The notes beneath the pieces were generated by a model that saw only the letters and a program-made list of their open reading frames with translations, was not told the origin of the DNA and did not search any database. Shown one piece after another: positions 1 to 12,234 of a stretch of DNA of 64,000 nt. Each line of letters starts with the position of its first letter. The first letter of the stretch is position 1. The DNA is taken from the NCBI GenBank assembly GCA_035084275.1, contig CM068749.1, positions 15,686,001 through 15,750,000 of the forward strand. The letters are read 5' to 3'. This DNA comes from Hydrolagus colliei. Its lineage: Eukaryota. Made by a program: the position numbers and the translations under genes.

Positions 1-118
1 CTGCCTCGAATATGAGCTCAAATCCACAATCTGGATAATGCACAACACTATCAAACGTGATTCCTGAATTTAAAGTTAGATAATACAATATAGAGAATTG
101 TTTTTGACCACATCACAA

Positions 119-316
119 TGGAGTCCTGTAGCTCAGTGGTTAGAGCACTCACCTTGCAAACGAGAAATCTGGGTCTGATTCCAGGCAGGGTGAAACCTTG
201 GGCAAGTTTCCTTACTCCATATGTCTAATAATAATCTCTCCAAAAAAAATGGTCAATTCAATCCATAACTGTTTGTGGGACACTACTGTACGCAATTGAC
301 TGCTGTGTTCGCCACA
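119..316 (+). mobile_element. tRNA(Ala)-derived SINE, family A (SINE2-1_CM-like), 3'-truncated
   Basis: A box TAGCTCAGTGG, anticodon loop CTTGCAA, degenerate B box, and body GAAACCTTGGGCAAGTTTCCTTACTCCA shared with copies at 23988, 59927 and 62850. Confidence 0.9.
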
Positions 317-961
317 TTTTAAATTAACTGCCTTTTTAAAAAAAACATAAAGGTCTGGTTTATTATATTGGGCCAAATTTGTTAGGTTAAGTAGGGACAA
401 TTTAAAAATATTTAATGGGCCATGATGTTCCATGACCAAAGAAATGTTGTTGGAACCAGTCTTCTTTATTGCCCATTGTAATGCCTTGAATACCTAATTC
501 CAACTAGTCTGTCATTTACAGGATGAAAGATGTAGGTTGCCAGAATCATTACCTCTTCAGGGATTGTACAGGGCTGTAGGGATATTTTTTCTTCTCTTCT
601 TTGATGTTCCAGAGTATCGGTGGGATTTCAAGAAAGAGAATGCAAGACATGTAGCAGTCTGGGGAACTGACAAGTTGTTGAGAGCTGAGCTTCTGAGATC
701 TCTATTTCTAGAACATCAGCTGTCAAGTTTCCTCTTCTCCAGTGCAACAAATTTATTTGTGGTTGACCCTACTCCAGGGCATCTGATCTACGATCTCTTC
801 GTAGTGTATTGATTGATGAAGATGCATTGTGCACCTGATTAGAAGGTCCATTTTAGAGTTAGTTAACTTAAGCTGCTAAGGCACACTTCTGTGCCTCCTC
901 CATCTTTGCTCAATTTTCACTGAGACTTTGGCAAAAAACTTGGGGGTGCAATTTCATGCAA

Positions 962-1020
962 TACAATTTACTCCTGTATAGCGCCTTTCATGTCGGAAGG
1001 ACGTCCCATAGTGCTTTATA
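962..1020 (-). mobile_element. L2 LINE 3'-terminal fragment
   Basis: TATAGCGCCTTTCATGTCGGAAGGACGTCCCA matches the tail of the L2 copy at 4331. Confidence 0.75.
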
Positions 1021-1063
1021 ATTTACAATTTGTGAAATAGACATGGTACAGCAGAATACCCCA

Positions 1064-1097
1064 GATTTGCACCAGCATGTGTACGCTGGTGCAAATC
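1064..1097. repeat. Perfect 13-bp inverted repeat (possible MITE core)
   Basis: GATTTGCACCAGC (1064-1076) and GCTGGTGCAAATC (1085-1097) with an 8-nt spacer. Confidence 0.8.
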
Positions 1098-2461
1098 CTG
1101 AAAAAACAGAAAGGAGATAGCATAGATACTGTTGCCTTGCGTTTTGTGGATTTTGATTCATTTGGAAGAGAAGGAATTGCATAACATTTCAATTTGTGTT
1201 TCTTTTATGTCATTAATATCAGTATTTTAGCTAATCCATAGTAACAAACTATCACTTAATTTGCAGTTGATTTTCTGGGTAAACATTTTGTGTTTTTCCT
1301 TGGTTTAATATGAAATCCATATTTCAGTAGAGCCAAGAATTAGCACAATGATATTGATTGTATTCAAATAAGTGATACGCAGAACATGTCTGTTCTGTGA
1401 AACATTCATTAATATAATTCCATCAAATGTCAGGCAATATACCCCTAAGAACTGTATTTCTCATCTCAGTGCTGTTGTGCTGCACAAAAAGCAATTAAAT
1501 GAAGTGTGCCTTTTATGCTCGTTATTTGGAGTGCTTTTATGTAAGCTTTTGTCTGCCTAGAAAGAGATATTTCAACTGCATCTATGTTTTGGACTATTTC
1601 AGGAAACAAATATATTTTTTCTTATTATATTCTTCATTTCACATGTACAGTAATTCACTGGCTAGAAAAAAATCTCTAAAATCTACAAAATGCTCTATCC
1701 TACACAAATCGGGGTTTTAAACCAAACATATTCCCAGGTATCGTGTGGGAACTGAAATCTGGAGAGAGCTGGAATGTTAGTGTTGAGTTTAATTTGAAGC
1801 TTTGTCCTGACTTGAGACCTGATTTGAGAAGAGACTCTCCCACGCTTACCCACGAAAGTTCATATTGACTATGTGCCAGTGGATACATGCCAATACCATG
1901 CTGAAGTTTCCCGAGGACAGGCAGGGAAATCTCAAGACTGTTTTGAAGCTCCTGCCTTCATTAACATGAATTGATATGGAAGTCTTAAAGGGAAAGCCTT
2001 TTTATTTTACAGCGATTTATCTTCGCCCTGTTTGAAAATGGAATCTGGGCTTTATTTCACTTTAAATCTGAAATATTTACCTTTAAATATCAAGTATTTA
2101 CCTTAAACTGTTGGGTGTGATGCAGAATAAAAATTGGCATTGATGTTGAAGATTGATTGTCAGTCAGTTTCTACAAAGAAAAACGTTTAACATCTCCATC
2201 AAGCTGTAGGAGGGATAAGAGGGAATAATGTTCTATTTTACATTGAAGAGAAACTTTAATATATAGAGACAAAAATGACTGAAAGAATAAATAGAACCTG
2301 CAGAGATGGGCATCACTGTGAGTTGGTTCTAATCCACCTTGATATTCCATTATATGGTTCAAGGATTTGAAGCATGAGTCAATAAATATTTCCCTTCACT
2401 GCAATTCTCCACCAAGATCAACTCACATATGTGGAAATAAATGACTTGTTAAATTGATAGA

Positions 2462-2562
2462 CTCAAAGCGCTTCACAGGATATACTGTAAAGTGAGGTGG
2501 ATGTGTATTTTACATGTTAAAATGGCAGGCCATTTGTGCCCAGCACCATCCCACAAACTGCC
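2462..2562 (-). mobile_element. SINE 3' half fragment (tail shared by family A and Deu-SINE)
   Basis: CTCAAAGCGCTTCACAG.ATATACTGTAAAGTGA...CCCACAAAC matches full copies. Confidence 0.75.
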
Positions 2563-4330
2563 ATAAAGTAAATACTGCAGTTGATTGTACAGTATATTGT
2601 AGTGCCTCTGCCAGCAAAGGCAACAAAATCCTGTAACCAGCATGGATCCTCAGTCACTCTGCATGGCCACAAGAAAAATTCTTCACAACAGCTGTTGCCT
2701 ACAAATATTTGTAGCACTTTGGTTGAAGAATCTATGAGGGAGGCATAGCAAATATCCCTCATTGGTAATCTTAGACAACTTAGTGGACAGTGGTTTACAG
2801 TATAATACCCCCCACCCCATTTTAAACATATGGCATTGTGACATGGTGAAAATTAACTGCGAGATCTTTTACAAGTACTGCTTGATAATTATTAGTTATT
2901 TTCCAAATTTTAAAGTTCAATGTTATAATTAGCAGTGAAACATGTTGCTTTCTGCGGAAAGTAACTCCTGGTTTTGCACTCTTCACTGTTAAAACTGAAC
3001 GTTTGAATGGCTGTACCGGCTGTTGCCTTCCCTGGTGACAAAACGTCCCTTGATGTCCATTTCCAGTTCTGCTAACTTAATTTGGGGAGAACTACACACA
3101 AGTCCTCTGTTCCAGGAAGTCTATGAATTACTTTTTGATGCAAAATCTGCCTTAATAGTCCAGGAATAGTTTCAAGTTGTGGGCAGACATATTTTCTTCC
3201 TGGTGTGTAAGTATGCCATTGTATTTGCTTGCCCTCTTACACTTGATTTCTATTCACTCCTTTGACTGAGTTCTCATATCTTAGTCTACTTATCCACTGT
3301 AGAATCTTTTCTATGTTGATGTTCTTGTCAGAATTTATGCAGTCCAAGATGCTGCATGACTGATGTTGGCAACTCACCTTACATGATCATCGGCAAGATG
3401 GTATTTTATATTTACTTACTAATATTGGACTTTTGTATTTTATACTAAATTACATAGTGGCAATACACGCCCTTGTGTACCCTTCTTATTTGGAACGATT
3501 TCAATTGTTCAAGTTTTGACTGTGTTGCTGGTTGATTACTGCCGCCTGCGCTTGTTTTTAATATCTTTATAGGTTTCCATTTCTGTTATGTTGGCATGAA
3601 GCTTTCTGAACATGCCAGCACTGTTCATAAAGTATTTCATGGACAGCTAGTTAATGATGATGAAACATTAACTTATCTTCCATTTCAGTCACTGACCTGT
3701 GTGCATATCACATCAGGTCATCATATTTTTAATTTAAAAACTACCAAAATGTTTACTTTTAGTAACCAGAGGCATGTCTTAGAATGTTTACAAAGAATGT
3801 GTGCAAGTCTCTGATTAAATGAGATAATTCTTTCTTCCTGGTGATCAGGTGATTATTATTGTGTCTGCGACATGATCCAGTTGTGTGAAGACCATTGATT
3901 TCACTGCATGTCTGCCAATTAATGCTCATTTGTTGAGGTGCTTCTTGTGCATGTGTGTGTGCTTTTAAAAGAACCACATGTATTAAGTTTGAACTGAAAA
4001 TATTGACAAAATTTGAGTTGTAAGTTAAAAGTCAAAAGAGCTTCAATCGGAAGTGATGAAGCAAACTGCATAATATCCAAAATTTTGAAAATAATTTGTT
4101 TCAACGAGCTATATTCAATAGCTTCCGTATGGCATTTTAAAGAGAATTTAAATTAAAGTTAACAATACAATACCAGTGAAAATTAGCTCTAATTCTGAAA
4201 CTACAGCCATCGCAATTGTATGGATTAATCAGTTAACAAAATCTTAAGGATTTCTCAGATCTCACTACTTACGTCAGGAGGACTTCTAAGTTATGTAATC
4301 TTTACAATGTCCCCTCATAACCACACCATA

Positions 4331-4604
4331 CAACAACAACAATTTACATTTATAGAGCGCCTTTCACGTCGGGAGGACGTCCCAAGGCACTGCACAGGAG
4401 GCGTGTGACCCGAGCTGGGAGGGGAGTGTTTGGGAAGGGGTGAAACACGAAGGGGAGGTAAAATAGTTTGGGGTGGAACAAAAGGCACGATCGAAGAGGA
4501 AAGTCTTCAAACCGGCCTTGAAAGAGGAAAGGGAAGAGACGAAACGGAGGGATTGAGGGATGGCATTCCATAAGGTGGGAGCGGAGAAACTGAAGGCCCG
4601 GCAT
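4331..4604 (-). mobile_element. L2 LINE 3' end, relatively young copy
   Basis: Minus frame reads RAFSFSAPTLWNAIPQSLRFVSSLSSFKAGLKTFLFDRAF, typical of the L2 ORF2 C-terminus; 3' stem-loop, (TTG)n tail, CpGs retained. Confidence 0.92.
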
Positions 4605-4784
4605 AGTATACACCTATACTACCTAGAGTTATCCATTGTTAGAGGAAAGGTTTGCATTCAGTGCATGTGCAGATTGTATGTGAATCCTGGAATATTAATT
4701 CAATTGTCTGTGCCAATTTACCTCGCAAGAGGTTTCTGGGAAAAAGTACAACTGACTATTTGTTGTTTGGTAAGCGACTGCAAA

Positions 4785-4887
4785 ACATGCAGTCAATTCA
4801 TTTTACAATATATTCTGCAAAGTGATTTGAGATGTCTCGAAGACGTAATAGCGTGCCTTATGAAATGCAAGGATTATTATTATTATT
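4785..4887 (+). mobile_element. SINE family A 3' tail
   Basis: CAGTCAATTCA...GAGATGTCTCGAAGACGT...AAATGCAAGGATTATTATTATT. Confidence 0.85.
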
Positions 4888-7800
4888 ACTTTGTGAATAT
4901 TCCAATTCCTTCTATTTAAATCTGTTCTCCCTTTCTTTGGTGGCAGAAGCTGTCATTCAAAACTTTAGCATTAGTGCAACATCCCCTAACCCCAAGTAAG
5001 AGAGGAATGAATGTGAGTTTGGTACAGTTTGACATTTCATTTTACAAAATATCTAAAATAGTAGCACAGAGGTTGCCTCTGGAATAAAATATTATGGAAG
5101 CTGGTGCTACCCTCAAATAGAGGTGTGTCAGGCTGACCATAGATTGACCACAATCCTCCATACCCATCCTCCATAATTCAGAAATATCTCTTGAATTTGG
5201 GGAATTATAGAAATAGTTTCAAAATGTGAGATCTGTATGTTAATAAAAGATCAAGACATTTCTTGTTACCTGCAGTCCATAAGATTAGCACATTTTGTGA
5301 TGTGAGCTTGCCCTGAAATAAAGTTTTTAATTAAACTTTTGGTATTAGAAGAAAGCATAGTTTAGTAATGTTATGTTTACAGTTATGTTTTGAAACTGTT
5401 TTGTTTTACTCTATCAAAAAGATCTAAATAATTAGAATTATTTTTAACGACAATAAATTGCATTTATGTAGCACCCTACCTGTAGGTTAGTGTTTCAGAG
5501 TCCTGGGAAAGCAGTTTAATATGCTTCCTCTAGTTCTTAACGATTTCAACCAGATAAGCTTAAGGAACTGGTTCTCTTTCTCTCAAGCACAATTTCTCTT
5601 TGAATTGATTTAAAGATTTCACTGTTTAATTGAGGTGTGTCTGCAAATTCTTAAATCTCTATTGATTTTTGAGTCTGGCATCATATCATCAGGATTCAAG
5701 AGCTTTATTTGAAAGAGTGTAAACTCGTCCAATTTTTAGCTTGAAATATTTTAAGGAAGTTTGATCTGCTGTGAACCTCACTAAATTTGGAATCCGATGG
5801 GGGAGCTTTTTTAGATGAAAGATGAAGACAAATTTTACTCTGTATTGCACGTTAACAACAATTCACTTTCATTTCTAACTCGGAAAAGGCTTTGTGTTTT
5901 GTAGTAGAACTAATTAGTGTAAAAGGGACTTTATTTGATGTATACAAAAGTGTATTCTTGAATCTGAAAGACCAGCATCTCCAGAAGGTCAGAGAAGATG
6001 AGTAAAATATAATTAATTGTATGCAAAGATCTCTTTCAATCCAGGGCAAGAATGCATTGAAGTAGGAAATATTAATCCAGTTTCTCTTGCCCAAATGCAA
6101 CTGAAAGTAATACGACATTACTCCCAAAGTACTGAAACAGATTAATGCATCAAGCCAGACTTGATCTAAAGTGGCAACCGCAACGTCAGTCTAATTGGGC
6201 CACAATAACTAATCCTTACCAAGTCGTCTTTATCTGTTGCTTAATAATATACTGTAGCAGTATTCAGTGGAGCTGGAGCTGTTTGGTGCATGGGCCAAGA
6301 CATAACCTCTATGATCTGCCATTCTCTTCTGTGAAACTTCAACTTGATCAATGGAGCACAGGATACCTGATTTATTTTTAGTTCAAATATATTATTGTGT
6401 GAAGCGTAGGTGTCACTGATTCCATCCACATTTTCAACAGAGATTGTGATTTATCTATTTTCTGAAAGGTTAAGGCAAATTATTTTAAAAAATTTTCTAA
6501 TAAAGTGTGTTCTCCACAAATTTTATTTATAACACTGTGAAACCGCCGAAAGTGATGATGTCAGAGTTTATGACTGTTGCTTATTACTTGAAGTAATGCA
6601 ATAGTGTTTTGCTCCTGAAAGCACACAGTAGACCCATGAGTCTTTTTTTAACATCCACACAATTAACTAGACTGAAACAGATAGGATTATGCTTCAAAAC
6701 ACAGATCCACGCTGATACCATCCCATTGGGTAATTTTCAACCTTGTTTAACTTTCGTGCTGCACATGATAATTATGGGTGAGAGAACACAAACAATTTCT
6801 GAAGAGAATCATTACCTGTGTGAAGTAACAATAATTGACTGACGTGCGAAATAAATTCTTAATAGTTAAGATAAGGTGTTTCCTCAGAAACCGTATGTCT
6901 CTTGAGAACCAATTTGCGGCTCCTGTTTGGAATCTTTGCCTTTCTGCTGCTCAGTTTCACAGTCCCACTTATTTCCTGTTCTCACTGTTTACAATGGCAA
7001 CTTGCACATTATTAATTGGTGCCAATTAATAATGCACCAGAACAGACATGACCCTATTATATAACTGTTCAAATCTAAATGAGCCGGATTGCCAACTTTT
7101 TCCTTTCTGGAGCATGAGTTTCTGTTGTGTGGCATGCAGGTGTATTACCATTTACCAGATGGTCTGTTTAACAAGAAATTAAATTAATTTTGAAACTGAC
7201 ATCTCTATAAAGAGTTATCTATACAATCTGGTGGTGGGACCTGTTGATTTCCTTTGCTGAATCAAATCAGGCTTGGCCAATATTCACACTTGGGCTTCCC
7301 TCAAAATACAAGTTATTGTTCTTGTCAAGTGCAGTTCCTGCTATGAGAGGAAGATGTTGCTTTGCTAGAAAAATAAATTGGTGAATTGCCACTTTGAGCT
7401 GCCTTTACAAATAGACCATATTGAATCTTTGGAAATGACCATCTTGCAGGATTGCAACAGCCATTTGTTGTTTGAAGAATATTTGAAATAACTACAGAGT
7501 AATATTAAATAACGTTATAACAGTATAATAACTAAACCCAATTTCTGACAATGCTCATTGTGTACTCTAGAACCCACAGCAACAGCCTCAGTGAATATTT
7601 ATTTATTTATAACCATTAGATCTAATTATTAAGTTAGAAGAGAATATGATCTAATAGGGAAGGTGATGGATCATTGGCAATGATGGGAATGAACAGATCC
7701 ATAATTAATGTTCATTTTCATATCTTGGCAGCTCAAGTTGAATGTGAGCTAAGGATGATCTAGTGCACTCTGGGTGTTAAGACTTTACTACCTAGGTGGC

Positions 7801-8217
7801 CATCTGTGCAGCATAAATGGGACTCAGGGAATGTGTGCAACATAAAATGAGCTTCTGACAATGCCAGAGAAATATATTTTTCGGAGCGGTGTGTTTCATA
7901 CCCGTGCAATATTAACCTAACTAATGCAGTTTGGATCCATTATACTGTAGCATAAACACAGCAGATGAGATTCAAAGATATTCAGTAGAAAATCAAGTGC
8001 AATTTGCACCTGTGAAGTATAAATATCTTGGGTGCAGATTACATTTGACTCCCACTTCTGAAGTCAGAAACTTACATTGAACCTTTTAAAAATATTATTA
8101 CAAAGTTGAAAGCACAGAATTTGAAAAAAAAAGTCCACTCTTTCAATTTCTTATTATTTTTTGTTTGAGGGTTAAATAAAGTAAAATACAGTACTCCAGT
8201 CATACCTACTTAACAGA

Positions 8218-8351
8218 AACGAAAAATAATGCAGAAGCTGGAAATCTGAAACAAAAACAAATTGCTGGGAACACTCAGCAGGTCAGGCAGCATCTATGGA
8301 GAAAGAAAAAGTGAGTCAATGTTTCGGGTCCACAACCCTTCGTCAGAACCA
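8218..8351 (-). mobile_element. Short Penelope-like retroelement insertion with 10-bp TSD
   Basis: Exact direct repeat ACTTAACAGA at 8208-8217 and 8352-8361; minus strand carries a hammerhead core followed by GATGCTGCCTGACCTGCTGAGT, which I recall as the terminal repeat of chondrichthyan Penelope-like elements. Confidence 0.8.
8314..8350 (-). ncRNA. Minimal type-I hammerhead ribozyme motif, probably inactivated by one CpG transition
   Basis: Minus strand reads GGUU-CUGACGA-A-GGGU(UGUGG)ACCC-GAAA-C-AUU-GACU: both catalytic boxes, a 4-bp stem II and a 4-bp stem I with wobbles. Confidence 0.7.
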
Positions 8352-8705
8352 ACTTAACAGATTTGCTTGGCTCGCAAGCCGCAATTCAAAAAACATTTTC
8401 AATCAATTTAAACAAATTGCTAAAGAAATTATTTCAAGAAAACAAAAATTCAGTTGGTAGCTCCATGGTAATTTTACTTCTCATAAATGGAGCATGACTG
8501 AACTCTGTATGTGAACGAACTGAGTGGAACCTAGAATCTCAACTATATTGGCTGAATTTAAAGCCAATGTTTCAACCTGAAAGTCTCATTATGGTTGCTG
8601 ATCTGTTTTCCAATGATTGCTAAAGCGGCCTAAATAAAATGAATTTGGACAAGGCTAATTGCCTCGCTAAATTGTAAAGCCACTAGAACCCTCAGCAGCT
8701 CAAAG

Positions 8706-8752
8706 AACAACAACAACAAAATTGCACTTACATAGCGCCTTTCACGTCGGGA
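8706..8752 (-). mobile_element. L2 LINE extreme 3' tail
   Basis: (AAC)n followed by TTGCACTTACATAGCGCCTTTCACGTCGGGA. Confidence 0.8.
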
Positions 8753-8789
8753 ACAACATTTATCTGAAGAGGTGGTTTTCTTGATGCCT

Positions 8790-8960
8790 TTCGAGGTACC
8801 AACACCACCTCCAGCTGTGCCCCTTGCCATTATGGTTCTGAATTGTTTTGGATGCGCTTTGCATCACTGGACTGCACAAATCTTCCCAGAACATTGGGGA
8901 TACCCTGGAGACTGGAACTAAAAGTTGTGATCGGTGACCTTGAAACAACTGTGCATGTAT
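8790..8960 (+). mobile_element. Degenerate RTE-clade LINE ORF fragment
   Basis: Plus frame reads YGSELFW...LPRTLGIPW, resembling the RTE motif LLYGSETW...LRKILGIxW. Confidence 0.4.
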
Positions 8961-9257
8961 AAATCCGTTGAATTGGCTCCTCGAAATAAACATGACATGA
9001 AGTCCACACCACTCTTAGAGCTGTCAACAGTGATGAAGCGTTAGGCAGGGGATTTCCAATGATAAAGTGTGAGATGGATTCTGAACCCTTTTCAAACAGG
9101 TTTGATTTTTGAGGGTGATTTGCGTGGAAACAGGCGCTGTTTGTAAACCGTAAATGAGGACTGTGACTGCCAATCTTAATGAAGGGCATTTGCTGGATTT
9201 GTATTCTACAGCTGGTAACTGGTATCTGACAAAGTAGAGACTTCCTGTTTAATAATT

Positions 9258-9327
9258 CCCGCCCCCCTCCCCCCCCCCTCCCACCCGCCCCCACTCCCCC
9301 CCCCCTCCCACCCGCCCCCACTCCCCA
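9258..9327 (-). repeat. C-rich 26-27-bp tandem repeat (~2.6 units) with G-quadruplex potential on the minus strand
   Basis: Unit CCCGCCCCCACT(C)10TCCCA repeated; each unit contains a GGGGCGGG box on the minus strand. Confidence 0.85.
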
Positions 9328-10724
9328 CATATCCAAATGAAAAAGCTGCCAAATCTCTTTCTCATCCCTATAGTCTGTGCTTTTTGGCTGCACAGCTCCA
9401 ATCTAGCTTCAGGGCAAACCCGAGGTGCAAGACTAGCCGGCACTAGTTTTCTTGGGTGATGATAAGCAACAGCTGCTCAGATAGTCAGTTCATTTGGCTT
9501 CGGTGTCCAACCCCCTCCGCTTCTCTTTATAACAGTGTCTTGGAAGCTAACTTAAACAGCATGTTTTTATTTCCTGTCATTTGTGTGTAAGCGAAATTCA
9601 GTTTGTTAAACCCAGGAATAAGTCATTACTCACTCCATAATGTCTAATCCAATCTTTGTGTTATCTTAGGTCATTAATTAATGGGCTGCAATAGAAACTG
9701 TAGTTAGAATATGTTGACCATATATTTTGAAAACTTACAGATACTTTCCTGATGTTTATGGTAACTCTGTGCCTAATAAAAGCAAATGTGCTGTGTTTTA
9801 CTGTCACATACACCAACTCCCATTACTGTGGGAACTGTTTTCCCTATTTCCCTATTACACAATACACTTAAATCTCTATGAAGTCTTTAGCACAGGATAT
9901 GGAACATTCTTTTTCATGAAAGGTTTATAAAAAAAAGTGGTGAAATGATATTTAAACCATTTACTTGCATATTAACAATAAATCTGAATTGTGCTGAAAT
10001 CTGAACTAGCCTAGTGTAGTTATGAAAACATTCTTTGTATTTTGCAACCCCAAGAAAGTCTCCTCTGAACAAAAGTCATACAAGGCTATGAGGAAGTGCA
10101 TCCACCATCACTACCACAGCCTGACAAGAAAGAGCTTTACCTTTTACCTATCACAGCAGTAATTGTGGAATCAATATTGCACGTATTTCGCTAGTGAAGG
10201 GGAACAGATTCCTCTCCATAGCTGCCAAGCAACAAGCCTGTGTGTGTATATGTGTGTATGGGGTATCCTCGCAAACCATGATTAAAACCTTAAGTGCTAT
10301 AGAAAGAGAAAAGCAATCTAAACAAAACAAGCATTAAAATCTCTGGAATTGCTGCTGCCATAGTCAAAATACAGTCCACAAAGTGAAAACATAACGGCTA
10401 ACCAAATGTACATGATGTAGAATATAGATTAAAAAGTTTTGGACTTGCGTTTATTCAAGCCAGTAACATGGTTTTAGATTCCTGTGGCGAGAGATCCTGA
10501 AAGTTGGTAAAGTACTATCCTTGGTAGTGGGTGTTAAATACAGAGTCGCTACACTTACCAATATTTCCTATGAAACACTTTGCAAGGATTGTTATTATTT
10601 AATCATGATAAAGTCTCCACATTATAAGAACAAATAGCGAAGAGTGGTAATATTACTATTGTGATAGAATACCTTGACCTCTGTATAATTTCCTCCCTTT
10701 TGTTCTCACATTTTGTATCAACAG

Positions 10725-10830
10725 AATAATAATAATAATCCTCGCATAGATATAGTGCCTTATCACGTCTTCGAGATGTCTCAAAGGACTTCACAGAATA
10801 GATTATAAATGAATTGTCTGTATATTTTGT
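10725..10830 (-). mobile_element. SINE family A 3' tail
   Basis: (AAT)n CCTCGCATAGATATAGTGCC...GATGTCTCAAAGGACTTCACAGAATA. Confidence 0.85.
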
Positions 10831-12079
10831 TTGTGGTATATGCTTCTGTGTTGTTTGTCTATAATTTAAATATTCTCTTCAATAAACAGCTTGCAGCTAA
10901 AGACTGCTGGTATTTTTCAAATTGTCACAATTTCTGTCATTGGGAAGATGTACCTACTTTGAAGGAAAAGGGTGCTTTTCTCACCGGGAACAAGAATTGT
11001 GGATTGAAAAATAAACAATATGTAACATGTAATTTCTGATGTCATGCATATTTGATCAAGAGTTTTTTTTAAAAAAAAGTTTATTTATGTTAAATCATAC
11101 TTGTAAGCGATTTATTTCCCAAAAATATTTGATTGTGAAATAATAGCATAATAATAATAGAGCTATGCGAGGAACTTCATGAATGAATATGCTGTGAGCT
11201 ATTGTTTTGCAGTGTAGGAGAGATGAGTGGGAGGTGTATTATGTAAGTTCTCAATTGATGAAGCAGGCATAAACCATGTATATATTCTACTGTGAGCTAT
11301 GTTATTTTCTAAATTACTAGATAATTGAATACATTTGATCTAACCAAATGGTTGACAGAGTGGGCATTCCAAAAGTAACGGGTACCTATTAATTATAAGC
11401 ATGTATTGTCAGTCCTATATCCCCGTTCCAACCAAAAACAATCATTACCTGAGCACCTGAGTATCACACTAAGAGGCAAATCCATGCAGTATTTGTAACC
11501 ATAGACGAGAGGTATTGCAAGGAGAAATGTTAAAAACCCAGCATTAGTTACTTAGAGAAAGCAGCTAAATGTGTTGAACCATATTATGTCTGTGTGTTTG
11601 AGGTAACTATTAAAAGCTGAGTGCTACTTATGAGCCTTTGTCACCCCTGATTATTAACTGGTGTTGTGATGGCAGTTTGGATTGTTAAAACAACAGCCAT
11701 AGCAATATGGAAAAGCTAGAATTAATTAAACATTAACTTATGATCAATTTATGATGGTATAAAGTTAGAAAAGCAAACTATTGAAGTATGCGTCATAATG
11801 CAGTTTAATGGCTTCCTCGTGTTTTACCTATTGCAATATGATATGATTCATCAATAGATAACTGCAGCAAAGTTATTTTACTTTTAAATGTTTCATCATG
11901 TAAGGTACACTTGATGACCCGTGGTATGTTTTTGCAAACCATACTGGAGTGTCTTTTCACTAGTTTATATATATTTTTGAAAGTCACTGTTCCACTATAA
12001 TAGTTACCTGCTGGATAACTCTCCTATTTCATAATAAAACAACTCCTACATATTTAAATGACAACATTTTGATGAATGT

Positions 12080-12234
12080 TCAATAACAACTGTTTGTGGG
12101 ACATTGCTGTGCTCAATTGATTGCCACATTTTGCCCGCAAACAGTCAATTCCCTTCACAATATATTCTGTGAAGCGCTTTGAGACATCTTGAAGACATGA
12201 AAAGTGCTGTATCAAATGCAAGGATTATAATAAT
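12080..12234 (+). mobile_element. SINE family A 3' half
   Basis: CTGTTTGTGGGACATTGCTGTG...GTGAAGCGCTTTGAGAC...AAATGCAAGGATTAT. Confidence 0.88.

Noticed and set aside
119-195. tRNA-Ala gene-like sequence (also at the heads of other family A copies)
   Set aside because: It lacks a proper acceptor stem and continues into SINE body, so it is a SINE head.
7655-7820. Faint LF-SINE-like head
   Set aside because: Similarity is too weak to support by eye.
8830-9393. Longest ORF (187 aa, minus strand)
   Set aside because: It runs through the G-rich tandem repeat and antisense to a decayed LINE fragment, and has no recognisable domain.
11335-11346. TTGATCTAACCA, a partial match to miR-218
   Set aside because: The seed region is absent and there is no precursor hairpin.
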